Shown here one piece after another: positions 1 to 10,745 of a DNA stretch of 64,000 nt (positions are counted from its first letter, which is position 1; every line of letters begins with the position of its first letter). The notes under the pieces are model-generated. The model did not search any database. It was not told the origin of the DNA and saw nothing but the letters and a program-made list of their open reading frames with translations. The position numbers and the translations under genes are program-made. The stretch is from Theionarchaea archaeon (GTDB lineage: Archaea > Methanobacteriota_B > Thermococci > Methanofastidiosales > SZ-28-30), in the NCBI GenBank assembly GCA_018992685.1, contig JACVGT010000018.1, forward strand, positions 1-64,000. Direction: 5' to 3'.

Positions 1-35
1 TCTGGTCCAAAGCAGTAACAAGTTACCACTTCCAT
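1..35 (-). CDS. 5' end of a gene running off the window (MEVVTCYCFGP...)
   Basis: ATG at 35 preceded by a strong SD (AAGGAGGTGA); truncated by the window edge. Confidence 0.5.
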   Translation of the reverse strand, partial: MEVVTCYCFGP

Positions 36-701
36 GGATTTCACCTCCTTAGACTTGTTTCCCAGATCTCCCACGCCTCCTGATTTCTTTCCTTTTATAG
101 GGGATTATTACATTTATTTGACCGTAAAGTATATTAATCTGTTGTGTATAGAGTGGATCGGGTACCAGCGATAGAACGCACGAACAAATGAGGAGAGCTT
201 CGTACCTGAACGTGAGAACCTACTCTTTGTGGTCGGTACCCACTGTCATGATGAACTGGAGAAAAAGTACCTCAACCACATGATCGTGACAGTCCGTGAC
301 GTGGAAGCAGGAAGGACTGAGAGAACGAATTCGATCCTTCATAAAAGCCCGGAACTGCCCCCTTCGAGACCGCGCTTCTAATCCCTCGTATGGTGGCTCG
401 CACAGAGGATATCACTGCCACCATACTCATGATCCGGGTGGAAAGGCTTCCACTTGAACTACCTCGAGGAACTGGGCTGTGAACCTCCCTTCACCACTCC
501 GTGCCCAGTTCCTCACCCATGTCCTCACGAGAAAAAGAAAGATCCATAGGAAGGTCCTAACATGAGCGGAATCTTCGCACTTGAAAAATTGCTGAAATAT
601 TGGAGTATTCATCAACAAATATTTTACCTCTTCACCAGAGGATGTGTGGCGGACAGGAAGGTCCTATTCTTCCTTGACGGCATGGGAGAAGGCCCTGATA
701 G

Positions 702-1748
702 GTGGAAGTGATGAGTGAGACATCCTTTCTGAATAAGCTGCGACGGTGCTACCGCATTTATGAGCAGGTGTACCAGGACCCATTGATACCTCTCTATGAA
801 ATAGCTCGGAACACAGGACTCTCCAGGAACACGGTCTCCAAGTATCTGCACGAGATGCAGGAACAGGGCTGTCTTCTGGGGCCTTATTTGAGGATGAAAC
901 CTACTCCTACCTACAGGGAATACGTGTATCTTGCTACATTCTCTGATCCAAAGAGGACATTCACTGCCCTGAGCCACTTTCCTTCGGTAGTTGATGTGGT
1001 CCACACGTTCGGGGACTGGACGACACTGTTGATCACGAGCCAGCCACTGGATATAACGAGGATGTATGGGTTCCAGGATCTGGTCCTGTCTGAATGTAAG
1101 TATTCTACGGCAACACCAAAGACTGAGTTTACGAGCTGGAATGCTGCTCTTTCTAAGGCCTCCGAGATCCTGGAAGACCCGGGTCCACCTTCACGATTGA
1201 AAAGAGAGATGGCGCCTCCTCTAGACTGGGGAGAGGACCAGTGGAAGATCTACAGTAGTTTCAATTCCAATATACGGAAGACAGTCACCACTTCGCTGCA
1301 GAAGGTCCTGGTTCGGTATGAAACCTACACCACGTGGATGGAAGATTTGACCACTCACTGCACGGTGCATACGGGATTCTATCCACGATCCTACAGTCAG
1401 TACACGGGTCACTGGTTTCTGTTCTCCAGTTCATATGAATCGTTACTTGTGGAAGTGTTCAGCTGCTTACCTGCCACTCCCTGCATTATAGAAACGGAGA
1501 GCCACGTACTGGTATTCGTTTGTACGGTGTCGTCTTCAACTGTGAAAAGGCTTACAGGCCTGATTGTTGATATGAAGAGTGGAGGACTGATAAAGAAAGT
1601 GGACCATGGGTTGGTGCTACGGGAGGCCCACCCACCGATTGATTTTTGTCCATTTACAAGAAAGGAGGAGAAGGACCATGGAGAGAGAAACCAGTACAGA
1701 AAAAGTCCTGATCGAAATAGAGGAGCCCTGCATCATGGACCTGGTTGA
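702..1748 (+). CDS. Duplicated Lrp/AsnC-like wHTH transcriptional regulator
   Basis: N-terminal HTH (LYEIARNTGLSRNTVSKYL); LLGPY motif shared with paralogs at 16294 and 17735; last ~23 codons overlap the next gene, suggesting a lost stop. Confidence 0.75.
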   Translation: MEVMSETSFLNKLRRCYRIYEQVYQDPLIPLYEIARNTGLSRNTVSKYLHEMQEQGCLLGPYLRMKPTPTYREYVYLATFSDPKRTFTALSHFPSVVDVVHTFGDWTTLLITSQPLDITRMYGFQDLVLSECKYSTATPKTEFTSWNAALSKASEILEDPGPPSRLKREMAPPLDWGEDQWKIYSSFNSNIRKTVTTSLQKVLVRYETYTTWMEDLTTHCTVHTGFYPRSYSQYTGHWFLFSSSYESLLVEVFSCLPATPCIIETESHVLVFVCTVSSSTVKRLTGLIVDMKSGGLIKKVDHGLVLREAHPPIDFCPFTRKEEKDHGERNQYRKSPDRNRGALHHGPG

Positions 1749-1875
1749 CCCGGATGAAAGAGTACAGTTGAGAAAGTGCATCATCGAGAAGATCAGACCG
1801 GACGTTGCTGATTTATTTGTCACTGAGGTAGGGAGACTTTTGAAGGAGAAATATGATCTATCTCCGGTGGACTAG
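1678..1875 (+). CDS. Small hypothetical protein (65 aa, MERETSTEKV...)
   Basis: ATG at 1678 behind AAGGAGGAG; protein-like composition. Confidence 0.6.
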   Translation: MERETSTEKVLIEIEEPCIMDLVDPDERVQLRKCIIEKIRPDVADLFVTEVGRLLKEKYDLSPVD

Positions 1876-4800
1876 CCTTTTCTCTCTTCTAACCTCTTCA
1901 GGCTCCTCTTGACAATTTCTTGATAATACTGATCCTTGAATTCAAAATATATTTCCAGCGCCTTCTCGTAGTTCTTTCTGGCCTCATCAAACTCCCGCAA
2001 CTCCTCGGCCACCATCCCCAGGTTGTGGTAGGTTGATGCCTGAGAATACCGATCCTTAAATTCTATTTTTATTTCCAGCGCCTTCTCGTAGTTCTTTCTG
2101 GCCTCTTCAAACTCGCGTAACTCCTGGGCCACCATCCCCAGGTTGTGGTAGGTTCCTGCCTGAGAATACCGATCCTTGAATTCGATGAATATTTCCAGGG
2201 CCTTCTCGTAGTTCTTTCTGGCCTCTTCAAACTCTCGTAGCTCCTCGGCCACCATCCCCAGCTGGTGGTAGGTTTTGGCCTGTTCGTATCGATCCTTGAA
2301 TTCAATATCTATTTCCAGGGCCTTCTCGTAGTTCTTTCTGGCCTCTTCAAACTCTCGTAGCTCCTCGGCCACCATCCCCAGCTGGTGGTAGGTCGATGCC
2401 TGAGAATACCGATCCTTGAATTCAATATATATTTCCAGGGCCTTCTCGTAGTTCTTTCTGGCCTCTTCAAACTCTCGTAGCTCCTGGGCCACCATCCCCA
2501 GGTTGTGGTAAGTTGATGCCTGATAGTACCGATCCTTGAATTCGATTTTTATTTCCAGGGCCTGCTCGTAGTTCTTTCTGGCCTCTTCAAACTCTCGTAG
2601 CTCCTGGGCCACTCTCCCCAGCTGGTTGTAAATGCTTGCGGTCATCAGTGCTTTCTGCTTTTCTTCCGATCCAGTAAGATTCTGAAGAATATCTAAGGCC
2701 CTGAGATATGCGTCTGTAGCCTGGGTAAGCTGCTTGGTCAACAGGAATCTTCTGGCAATGTCATCAACAACCCCAACCAATTCCACACCTGCCTCACCTC
2801 CGAGCAGTTGAGGTGGATAGTCCTCAATTCTCCTGAGTACCATCTCTCCCAGGCGAAGGCCTTTATTCTGATCTTGGATTGCGTCAATATAGTCGGACAG
2901 ACAGGCATACGTGTTGATGATACTTTGTTTCCTCTGTAAACACATCTCAAGAGCTGCATAAATGTTCTCATACTCTAGCTCTGCCAGCACCAGGGCTGTC
3001 TGCTTCCCTTCAGGCTCCTTCGAGAGAAAAAGAGTTCGTATGAACCCTGCTAATCCGGTGTAATGAGCCATGAACGCCTGATTCAAATGTTCCCGTCCCG
3101 GGTCGTCCAGGGTTTGTTGCAGTTTGGTGCGCAAGAAGTAGGGGAACACAGGCTGCAGGCTCATGATGGGTGTATTTTGGCCGAGTGGCTCCATCAGTCC
3201 CCAGTTTACAGTTTCCTGGATCACCTTTTCCCATAAGTGGAAGGGCCAGTCCCTGAATGTGGGAAACGTCCTGAGCTGGTCTGTGTACTGCGGCAGGAAT
3301 TCCAGGTTTATCACAGACGTGAAGGGTGCAAGGCACAGTAACAGCTTCTGGGCATCTGGAGAGAGGTTACTGTGTGAATAGTCCACACACCTGAGAATGC
3401 TTTCCGTCTTATCCTTGCCGTCCTGCCTTTCCAGGTCAACGTCCCCTGCCCGTAATGATTCAATGATCTGGGCGGGAGTGTGGTGCGTGAGATTCGGGAG
3501 AATGACTTCCATTGCCAGAGGAGAACCTGCTAAGAGCCCCATCAGCTGATGGAACTGGGGATCCTTCGTGGGGAGTTCAATGTGTAGCTCTTTGAGGATC
3601 TGGACAGCCAGATCTGACCGTGCTTCAGGGTCCAGTCCTCCCAGCTGATAGGTGTTCCTCCTGAATGTCTCATTTTTGAGCCAGGATTCCGTGCCTCTTG
3701 AGCCGAACAGGACGACAGACTTCCCACCAGATAGGTCGCGGAGGAACTCTTTGAGTGTTTCCTGCTCGTCTTCGGGCAGGGTGTTGGGGATGGCCAGGGG
3801 ATGACCAGTGATGGACTCACAGTTATCCAGGATGAGGCAGTAGCGTTCTGACTTCAGGGCAGTACTGATCTTACCCTTCTGGGTGGCCAGACTGCTGGAC
3901 TGGAAGGTGGCACGGGTCCTCTCATCAAACAGCTTCTGTGCCAGTAAAAAGAGGATCTGTTCAAGGGTGAAGGCTGTCTCATCGTAACCAAAGTAGAATG
4001 ATTGCCTGACAAACCCTGTTTTCTCCCACCACCAGGCGAGGTAGTCCAGGAGTGTTGATTTTCCTGTTCCTCCCATCCCGGTGAGGAGGAGCATATTGTG
4101 CTGAAGCAGATGCTTTTCAATGGCCATGATATCGAGGTCTCTTCCGAAGAATCCATAGTTGGGTTTATGGTGAATCCTGTGAGAGAGTTCCTGCTTCTGA
4201 AAGTAGGCTTCTTGTTCCTGGGGGGTAAAATCCCGCAGGTTGAAATCTACTGGTCTATTCTGGTAGATGATGGGGAGTAACCAGTCTTCTAAATCAATTG
4301 TCTCGTTGAAGTAGGCCTTTCTCCCTTTCTGCTTGTAGAGCTGCCTTCGTCCCCTGCTGACAGCATCTGGCAGGGACTGGCGGGCAAACACCTGCCTGTA
4401 GACTTCCTCCATCAAAATCTTCGCTGCTGAAACGGTGACTGAATAACTTAAAGCCAGGGTGGCCTGTATACCAGCTCCCATTAAGGTGCTGCCAAGGCTG
4501 GTCTCTCCACGCTGGCCAATGTGTTTTGCAGATTGGCACGCATTGATAATACATACGGGGATCTGCTTTGTCAGAAGCAATTGAGCCAGTTCTGCTGCTT
4601 CTACTGGTACAGCCTTACCTTTCACATCGCTTTCAAAGAATAAGAATGCCCGAAGACCTTCATAGTGAGGGATATCATCCAGCCCCCACCGTGATTGGAA
4701 GAGGACCTTTTTAGCCTTTCGGGCTTCCTCCAGGTCTGCATAGCTGGCCAGTGAACCGTGGGTATCAAAGTGGATGATATGGTAGAATCGCTCCCCCACC

Positions 4801-5385
4801 TCATCGAGGTGGTCTGAGAGGGCCTGGAAGGTCCCAGGCCTGAGGTTGTGGACCTTGACCTTCAGCTGTGCGGTCTCCAGGAGCTCTACCATGGGGCGTG
4901 AAATCGTCCTGTAGCCCACATCCTCGTCCTCATCTGGTCGAGCAGTAACAAGGAGCACATTGATCTGGGGAGAGGGCTTGACCTCAGCTTCGATGGCTGG
5001 AGGGTTATTATTTTTCCTGACGATGGTCAGCCCCTCAGTTGCCAGTGGGTGTGGTAGGTCTGGGTCCTTGAGAGACTCCCAGTGTATGGCATGAAACTCC
5101 TGCGTTGTATTGGCTGTACAGTCTTCTGTCCCCCAAGACCTGCTGGAAGAGGGTTACACCATAGTCATGCACTGCCTTGACAGCCCTTTCTGCCTTTGTG
5201 GTATCGATGAAAGGGAACCTCAGGAATTCCTCAAAATACCATTCAAGACGGTGCTCTGTCTCCGGGTCAGAAGGATTCTTCATGGTGACAGCGTATTCTG
5301 GACCATGATTGAAAGAAACTGCAATGTTAAAGGTATTCTGATCTTTATTCTTTTCTCTTATTGTGATCGTATTGGACGATACCAT
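1872..5385 (-). pseudogene. CHAT (caspase-like) protease - STAND/NB-ARC-like NTPase - TPR protein, split by a frameshift near 5100
   Basis: CHAT motifs HFDTHG and INACQS; Walker A GMGGTGKST; Walker B LILDNCE; C-terminal TPRs. ORF 5385-5035 switches frame at ~5100 into EFHAIHWESLKDP, which is continuous with ORF 4958-1872. Confidence 0.85.
1917..2636 (-). repeat. Six near-identical 120-bp tandem repeats encoding 40-aa TPR units
   Basis: Unit xTYH(N/Q)LGMVA(Q/E)ELREFEEARKNYEKALEIxIEFKDRYxQA; 120-bp period visible in the DNA. Confidence 0.97.
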
Positions 5386-5581
5386 TTGCTCTCCTCCTGA
5401 GGAGGGTCTTCCCCAATTCTCGAGTGTGACATTGCATACAGTCTTCCCCTATCTAGGTTAGCTCGTATTTAAGGTTGTTCAGAGGAGTATATAAGTGTTA
5501 TCACACCAGTGTATCAATGGATATCTGAGATTTGATCCTCTGTGAACTTTACAGCAGAGGAAGAGATTCTTCATAATTTGC

Positions 5582-6370
5582 TCACTCAAGAATCTTTATC
5601 TGGTCAGGTGTTTTCACAATAATTTCTGGTTTCCCCCTATACTCTCGTATGAATCCGATAATCTGGACTTTTCTACCCAGGTAGTACTTTTCTGGACTCT
5701 CTGGAAAGTCAGGGAAATCACATGCAAAGATTACGGCCGTGAAATACTGCTGCCATTCTGGATCAAAATTCAGAAAACATACCTCTCCCGAGTTATATGT
5801 ATCCATGATTAGACCTTCAACGATTACATAACATCCATAATACTGATCTGCTTCTCTCCAGCTGATAACAGGGATGCCACCCTCCCACTTCAGATCAACT
5901 CTAGGCTGGAAAACACCCAACCTCCACAGGCCTGCTTTCTTTGTTTCTGCTTCAATCTCTAACTGAATATAGTACTCCCGATTGGGATCATCCTTTGAAA
6001 GATACCTCACTTCACTGTAGCCATTCTTGACCATCTCCTCATTGACACACATGGAATCGACATATACATATCTCAATAGCCTGTCATATGCATCTCTGTC
6101 TTCACCTTGTGTTACCAGTACTACTTTCTTCCCGAGGACGAGGCAGGAGAGGTAGTCTCTGGCAATGTCTCCTCCTGGTTCGAAAAGTCCTGGAGCATCA
6201 ATCCCAATCAATCGCACTGATTCTCCATTGTTCAACTCGATTGTATCCCCATCAAGTACTGCCACACAGGATAGTGCCTGGGGTTGCTGAATGCAGGTGT
6301 TAACCACAACTACTATAAGCACCACAAAGAGAGAGCTTCGATTATGCATTGGCATAATCAACTCCAGCAA
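5582..6370 (-). CDS. Secreted/membrane thermonuclease (SNase) with C-terminal OB-fold; start probably 6349-6355
   Basis: [14 protein letters not shown] and [10 protein letters not shown] motifs; hydrophobic N-terminus; OB-like tail ([19 protein letters not shown]). Confidence 0.85.
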   Translation of the reverse strand: MLELIMPMHNRSSLFVVLIVVVVNTCIQQPQALSCVAVLDGDTIELNNGESVRLIGIDAPGLFEPGGDIARDYLSCLVLGKKVVLVTQGEDRDAYDRLLRYVYVDSMCVNEEMVKNGYSEVRYLSKDDPNREYYIQLEIEAETKKAGLWRLGVFQPRVDLKWEGGIPVISWREADQYYGCYVIVEGLIMDTYNSGEVCFLNFDPEWQQYFTAVIFACDFPDFPESPEKYYLGRKVQIIGFIREYRGKPEIIVKTPDQIKILE

Positions 6371-7320
6371 AGTGAACCCGCAGGGTTCCCTTTATCGTCC
6401 TCCAGATACGCACAATCTCCTCCTGTATTGTTCCAGATTGCTGCATATTTACCCGGAGCTCTACCAAAATACAGCTTAGTACTGGTATTCGTTCCTATCC
6501 CAGTATAGACGAATACTGATTGTCCAGCTCTCAAGATGAACCCAGAGGGGAAGATGAAGACATGATCACGCGCCGTTCCTTTCTTGTAAGCTTTATCATA
6601 CAACCTCCATCCAGACATATCCACATCTTGACTCCCATCATTGCAGATTCTCACCCATTCCCCATTTGGATTCTCATTGTCATCTCCGGGAGCATTATAG
6701 TTCACGAAACAAATCTTGATTGAGACTATTTCTTCTCCAACTGGACACCCTTTGTTACCTTTCTCTCCTTTTTCACCGGGGCAGTTATCGTAGCAATCCT
6801 GGAGGCCGTCACCATCACTGTCTTTGGGGCACCCTCGTGTGTTGACGATGGTGCATCCTGGGTTGAGACAGTCATCAACATTATCGGGTATACCATCGTT
6901 GTCAGTATCCTTCTGAGGTAGAGAAGTCCCTGGAGGTTGAGGAGTTTTTGGAGGTTCTGTGGATAGGGCATATCTGCACTGATCTGTATTCGCTTCAACG
7001 ATATAGTCTTTGATACATGCACCTTTGAAGCATCTCATTTTCCACAGATCGTAACCAGAGCACTCATAGCCACAGTCAATGCCTTTGCATGGATTATCTC
7101 CTGCAAAGTAGACTGCAGTAGGTACGATGAGTATTGCTGCAAGAAGAACAGCTCCAATCTTGAGCTGTGGAGAACTGGATCGCCATTTTTGCAGGGGGAA
7201 AGATGCTGATTTTCTCTCTGGTGGCTCATCCTGCGCTTTGGAAGGGAATCGTGTCCCACATTTCATGCAAAAGAAAGACCCTGGAGGATTTTCTGTCCCA
7301 CATCTACGACATTTTACCAT
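6358..7320 (-). CDS. Zinc-ribbon + TM + thrombospondin type-3-like Ca-binding repeats + lamin tail domain protein
   Basis: CRRC..CMKC; TM helix; [14 protein letters not shown] and [14 protein letters not shown]; LTD motifs [25 protein letters not shown]-like. Confidence 0.85.
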   Translation of the reverse strand: MVKCRRCGTENPPGSFFCMKCGTRFPSKAQDEPPERKSASFPLQKWRSSSPQLKIGAVLLAAILIVPTAVYFAGDNPCKGIDCGYECSGYDLWKMRCFKGACIKDYIVEANTDQCRYALSTEPPKTPQPPGTSLPQKDTDNDGIPDNVDDCLNPGCTIVNTRGCPKDSDGDGLQDCYDNCPGEKGEKGNKGCPVGEEIVSIKICFVNYNAPGDDNENPNGEWVRICNDGSQDVDMSGWRLYDKAYKKGTARDHVFIFPSGFILRAGQSVFVYTGIGTNTSTKLYFGRAPGKYAAIWNNTGGDCAYLEDDKGNPAGSLCWS

Positions 7321-7375
7321 ATTCTCGCCATCATAAGGAGATGATCCCTTTTATAAAAGCTTTTTCATTGACTAC

Positions 7376-8122
7376 CTATCTGTTCATTAGCTGTATTATC
7401 CTGTCATAAAGTTGATTCTTCTGCTTTAATTCTTCTTCCATCTGTTTTCTTAATTTCTCTGGCTTGCCCGCATTGAAATCTGGATGGAGGACCTGGTTCC
7501 AGTATCGCTTCTTGGCTTTCACTTCTTCTACAGTGGCAGAGGGACGACAGCCAAATTCCTCCAGCATGTCTGCCAAGGGAGTGGACTGTGAAGATTGTGA
7601 AGCCTTCTGATGAGTTTGTTCTGGCCATTCTTCATAGCAACTTCCATAGTACTCTGGATCATAGTGAAATTCCACCTGGTTATTGTACTTATTCACTCGA
7701 CACGAGATGTTTGAAAAGATGTATCGCCTGCCTTTTTCGACATGGAAGTGTGGCTGCCTTTTCCATACATTAAGGAGGATCATCCTACCATCCCAGTCAA
7801 TGTAAAGACGATCGGGCTGATTTGGTTTTCTTTTCAATGCTACACTGCAGACCATTCCATTGATCTTGATATTCTTCCTTCCCAGCAACGGTGACCATGG
7901 TGATTTCACTCTGAATTGTTCTGCTGTAGAAGACAGTTTTGGTCTCCATTGTAAGGAGACAACCTTATAGATAATAATTGTGCAAGAAATGATCAGTATA
8001 GTGAATATATAGGGATGTTCTTCCACCAGAGAGGATAAGAAGTCAAAGAAAGCATAAAAGAAAGCTACAGCAAGCACAAAAAGGCAGATAAGACCCTTTG
8101 ATTCAGATCGACTCCAATACAT
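7376..8122 (-). CDS. Membrane protein with putative OB-fold and C-terminal J-domain
   Basis: Two N-terminal hydrophobic helices; C-terminal ATVEEVKAKKRYWNQVLHPD with intact HPD. Confidence 0.7.
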   Translation of the reverse strand: MYWSRSESKGLICLFVLAVAFFYAFFDFLSSLVEEHPYIFTILIISCTIIIYKVVSLQWRPKLSSTAEQFRVKSPWSPLLGRKNIKINGMVCSVALKRKPNQPDRLYIDWDGRMILLNVWKRQPHFHVEKGRRYIFSNISCRVNKYNNQVEFHYDPEYYGSCYEEWPEQTHQKASQSSQSTPLADMLEEFGCRPSATVEEVKAKKRYWNQVLHPDFNAGKPEKLRKQMEEELKQKNQLYDRIIQLMNR

Positions 8123-8220
8123 AATCTACCCTTCCTTTGAATGTAGGTATCATCAAGGTTCAGCGTGTAAAGAACTTTCAAATTATTAAGGTTTTGGATA
8201 TCCAGTAATATAGCAGTGGA

Positions 8221-8355
8221 CTAGCGACTTGTTTTTTTTCTCGAAATTCTGAGTAAATATTCATCAATGATTTTCAGTTCTGTCCATCCGCACTCTTTGC
8301 TCAGTCTCGACAGTGTCTCGCTGTACCTATCAAGAAATTCCTTGATTTCAACCAT
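8221..8355 (-). CDS. Short ORF or gene remnant (44 aa, MVEIKEFLDRYSETL...)
   Basis: Hand translation gives a protein-like amphipathic sequence; no clear SD. Confidence 0.3.
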   Translation of the reverse strand: MVEIKEFLDRYSETLSRLSKECGWTELKIIDEYLLRISRKKTSR

Positions 8356-8720
8356 GAATTTGTAGTAACCTGCAGCACTATCCCCGATGGGCCCCTTTTT
8401 TTAGAGATACTTTTTTTAGAGATACTATTATTGATTTTGACAAAAGGTTCCATATTTTTTCAAGGGGGAAAAACGATAATAATCTCATAATAGAAGATAA
8501 ATATGTCATGAAAGTATGAATGGTCATAAATGTTCATAAATCAAGGAAAAAAAAGGAAAAATCTGAGATATTAGAAAAAAGAATTGAAAAGATTACGAAA
8601 ACTGAAGGTTGACACTCGTAGATCTCCCAGGAATTTGTCTTTGTTGATAATGCATTTGACCAATAATTACTTCTATATAGAAAAGACAGATGGTCAAAAC
8701 CTTTCTGTTGGTACTCCTTC

Positions 8721-10730
8721 CTATGATCCAGAAAACAATGGATGATCAGCTATTCTCTCCAACATTTGCTGCAGAAGCTCAGTGGCTTCAATAAGATTGC
8801 GAGCTGCCTTCTCCATCTTGGCTGCAGATTTTTCAATTTCAGAATCAGTTCTTGTTGACTGTTCAACTTTCTGGGAAAGGGTATCAATTGCCTTCACATG
8901 AGTCTTGATATTCTCACTGTAGAACCGTGTTGTCTCAGAGAAGTATTCAAGATCCTTTCTGAACTGGTCCTGTGTCTCCTGGATAGTTGTTATCCCTTTC
9001 TTGATTTTCTTATTCTCTTCTGGTAATTCCCTCAGAAACTTCTTATTAATCCTTCCCGTGACCACATCATCAATGAAGTCTGAATAACTCTCCGAAAAAT
9101 GCAGGGCTTCCTGACTTTCAACTTCTAGATGGATTTCCTGTGACTTGTCAATGGCAATAATATACTCAATGAGTTCACCTGTAGAATCTCTCCTTACAAC
9201 CTTCGTCCTGAAATGGAGTAATCCCTTCTTAATTACTTTCCGGGCAAAGATGTCATTCTCTAGAGCCACGTGGGCTGTCTTTACTGCAGCTGGTTCTGAT
9301 AAATCAATAGTAATTCCGTAGTCACGGAGTCTCTCTACCACTTCATTGACAAAATTGAGTATCTGTCTTTCAAATTCAAAGGGGGAAGTAAAAATAAAGG
9401 GATTCTTGGGTAATATGTTGATGAACTCACCTGTGGGATCTTTTGATTTGAAGATATAAGCTTCTGTGAAGTGCTTGTGAATACTCTTTTTGCCAAAGAC
9501 CCATCCTGTGCTCTTGAGTCTGTTATGGTTGCACTGTAATAGCTTGAACTGTATGAAGAGTCTGTGGGCATTCTTCTGCTGCCAGGTGATGTAATCATCA
9601 AAGGTTTCAAGAGGGTTACCTGGTTCTGAATCTGGTGGAATATCTTGATCAGCTGTCGGAGTCTGTGAGATCTCTCTGTCTGCAGGCTGGACCTCATGGG
9701 ATGGCTCAACTTCAAATGAATATGGCTCATTTATTGGCTGAATTTTTGAGGATGAACTATCAATTTTTGAGTCGTTTTTTACCGAATCAAGAAACCCTAC
9801 AAACCCCTTGATAGCAAGTTCTGTTGGAACATATATATACTGGTTTCCTGTCTGATTAATGATAATTAGTTTATTCTTTTCCAACTTTTCAGTATATTTT
9901 TTGACCATGTACCTGGAAACCTTATTTCTCCTGGCTAATTCCCTTTCAGAGAACTGTTCATACTTATTCTCCTTGGACAGTATATCCATCAGAATGTTCT
10001 TTTCCACTGGGTCCAGGTTACCAGGTCCTCTTCTCCCCCCACCTGATTGGCTGAAACTCTTCAAAAGGTTTTCAAAAGGTTGACCATCATTATCCAAAAA
10101 AATCTGAGAGTTACCACCTAAATCATCTGAAAGGGTGTAATGTCCCCAGGCCATCTTGATGACTCTTTCATCTCTTACTAGGTTTCTCATGTGGCAGTGA
10201 GCTGTTGAGGGGTCCACTCCAGCAAAAGAAGCAATGTCCTTGAGACGGATTATGTTGTTGGTTAAGGCCTGGAGGACCAATGCTCTGGTAGTTGGACCCT
10301 GCTCTTTTTTGGGGGCACTGCCTGCAGTAGTGTTGGTAACCTGGATAGAATCAGTGAGTGTATCAGATCCTACTGGGATCTCATTTTTCCGGTTGTCGAC
10401 CTGTTCAGCATAGACCTCATCAGCTCGCTTAAATGAATCTTCATAGAATTTACTAGATTCTTCCTCTTCACTAACCTCATCAGAGAGGTGTTTACCTTTA
10501 TACACTTTCCATTCCCATTTCTCCCAGAATTTCCTAGATATCCTTTCTCTACTCTCTTCAAAGTTCTTACAGTCCTCTCTCTTCACCAATTTCCTGACAT
10601 CATTATCTCTCCAGCAGCCATCAAAGAATATCCTCTTACTGGGACCAGAATATTCTTCAAAAATAACAGCATGCCTGCACTGCAGGCATGTGTATAGACA
10701 TTCTGGCAGTCGATCAATCACCACATTCAC
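8721..10730 (-). CDS. Large multi-wHTH protein, possibly a mobile-element replication protein
   Basis: Cys-rich N-terminus; two wHTH segments (LKDIASFAGVDPSTAHCHM, SERELARRNKVSRYMV); C-terminal coiled coil. The function is inference. Confidence 0.6.
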   Translation of the reverse strand: MNVVIDRLPECLYTCLQCRHAVIFEEYSGPSKRIFFDGCWRDNDVRKLVKREDCKNFEESRERISRKFWEKWEWKVYKGKHLSDEVSEEEESSKFYEDSFKRADEVYAEQVDNRKNEIPVGSDTLTDSIQVTNTTAGSAPKKEQGPTTRALVLQALTNNIIRLKDIASFAGVDPSTAHCHMRNLVRDERVIKMAWGHYTLSDDLGGNSQIFLDNDGQPFENLLKSFSQSGGGRRGPGNLDPVEKNILMDILSKENKYEQFSERELARRNKVSRYMVKKYTEKLEKNKLIIINQTGNQYIYVPTELAIKGFVGFLDSVKNDSKIDSSSSKIQPINEPYSFEVEPSHEVQPADREISQTPTADQDIPPDSEPGNPLETFDDYITWQQKNAHRLFIQFKLLQCNHNRLKSTGWVFGKKSIHKHFTEAYIFKSKDPTGEFINILPKNPFIFTSPFEFERQILNFVNEVVERLRDYGITIDLSEPAAVKTAHVALENDIFARKVIKKGLLHFRTKVVRRDSTGELIEYIIAIDKSQEIHLEVESQEALHFSESYSDFIDDVVTGRINKKFLRELPEENKKIKKGITTIQETQDQFRKDLEYFSETTRFYSENIKTHVKAIDTLSQKVEQSTRTDSEIEKSAAKMEKAARNLIEATELLQQMLERIADHPLFSGS

Positions 10731-10745
10731 ATTCCCGATTTTCTT

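Noticed and set aside
1917-2636. Regular repeats as a CRISPR array or DGR template
   Set aside because: Contiguous in-frame 120-bp coding units with no unique spacers; no cas or reverse transcriptase gene in the window
5090-5110. Programmed ribosomal frameshift in the CHAT gene
   Set aside because: No slippery sequence or obvious stimulatory structure at the junction
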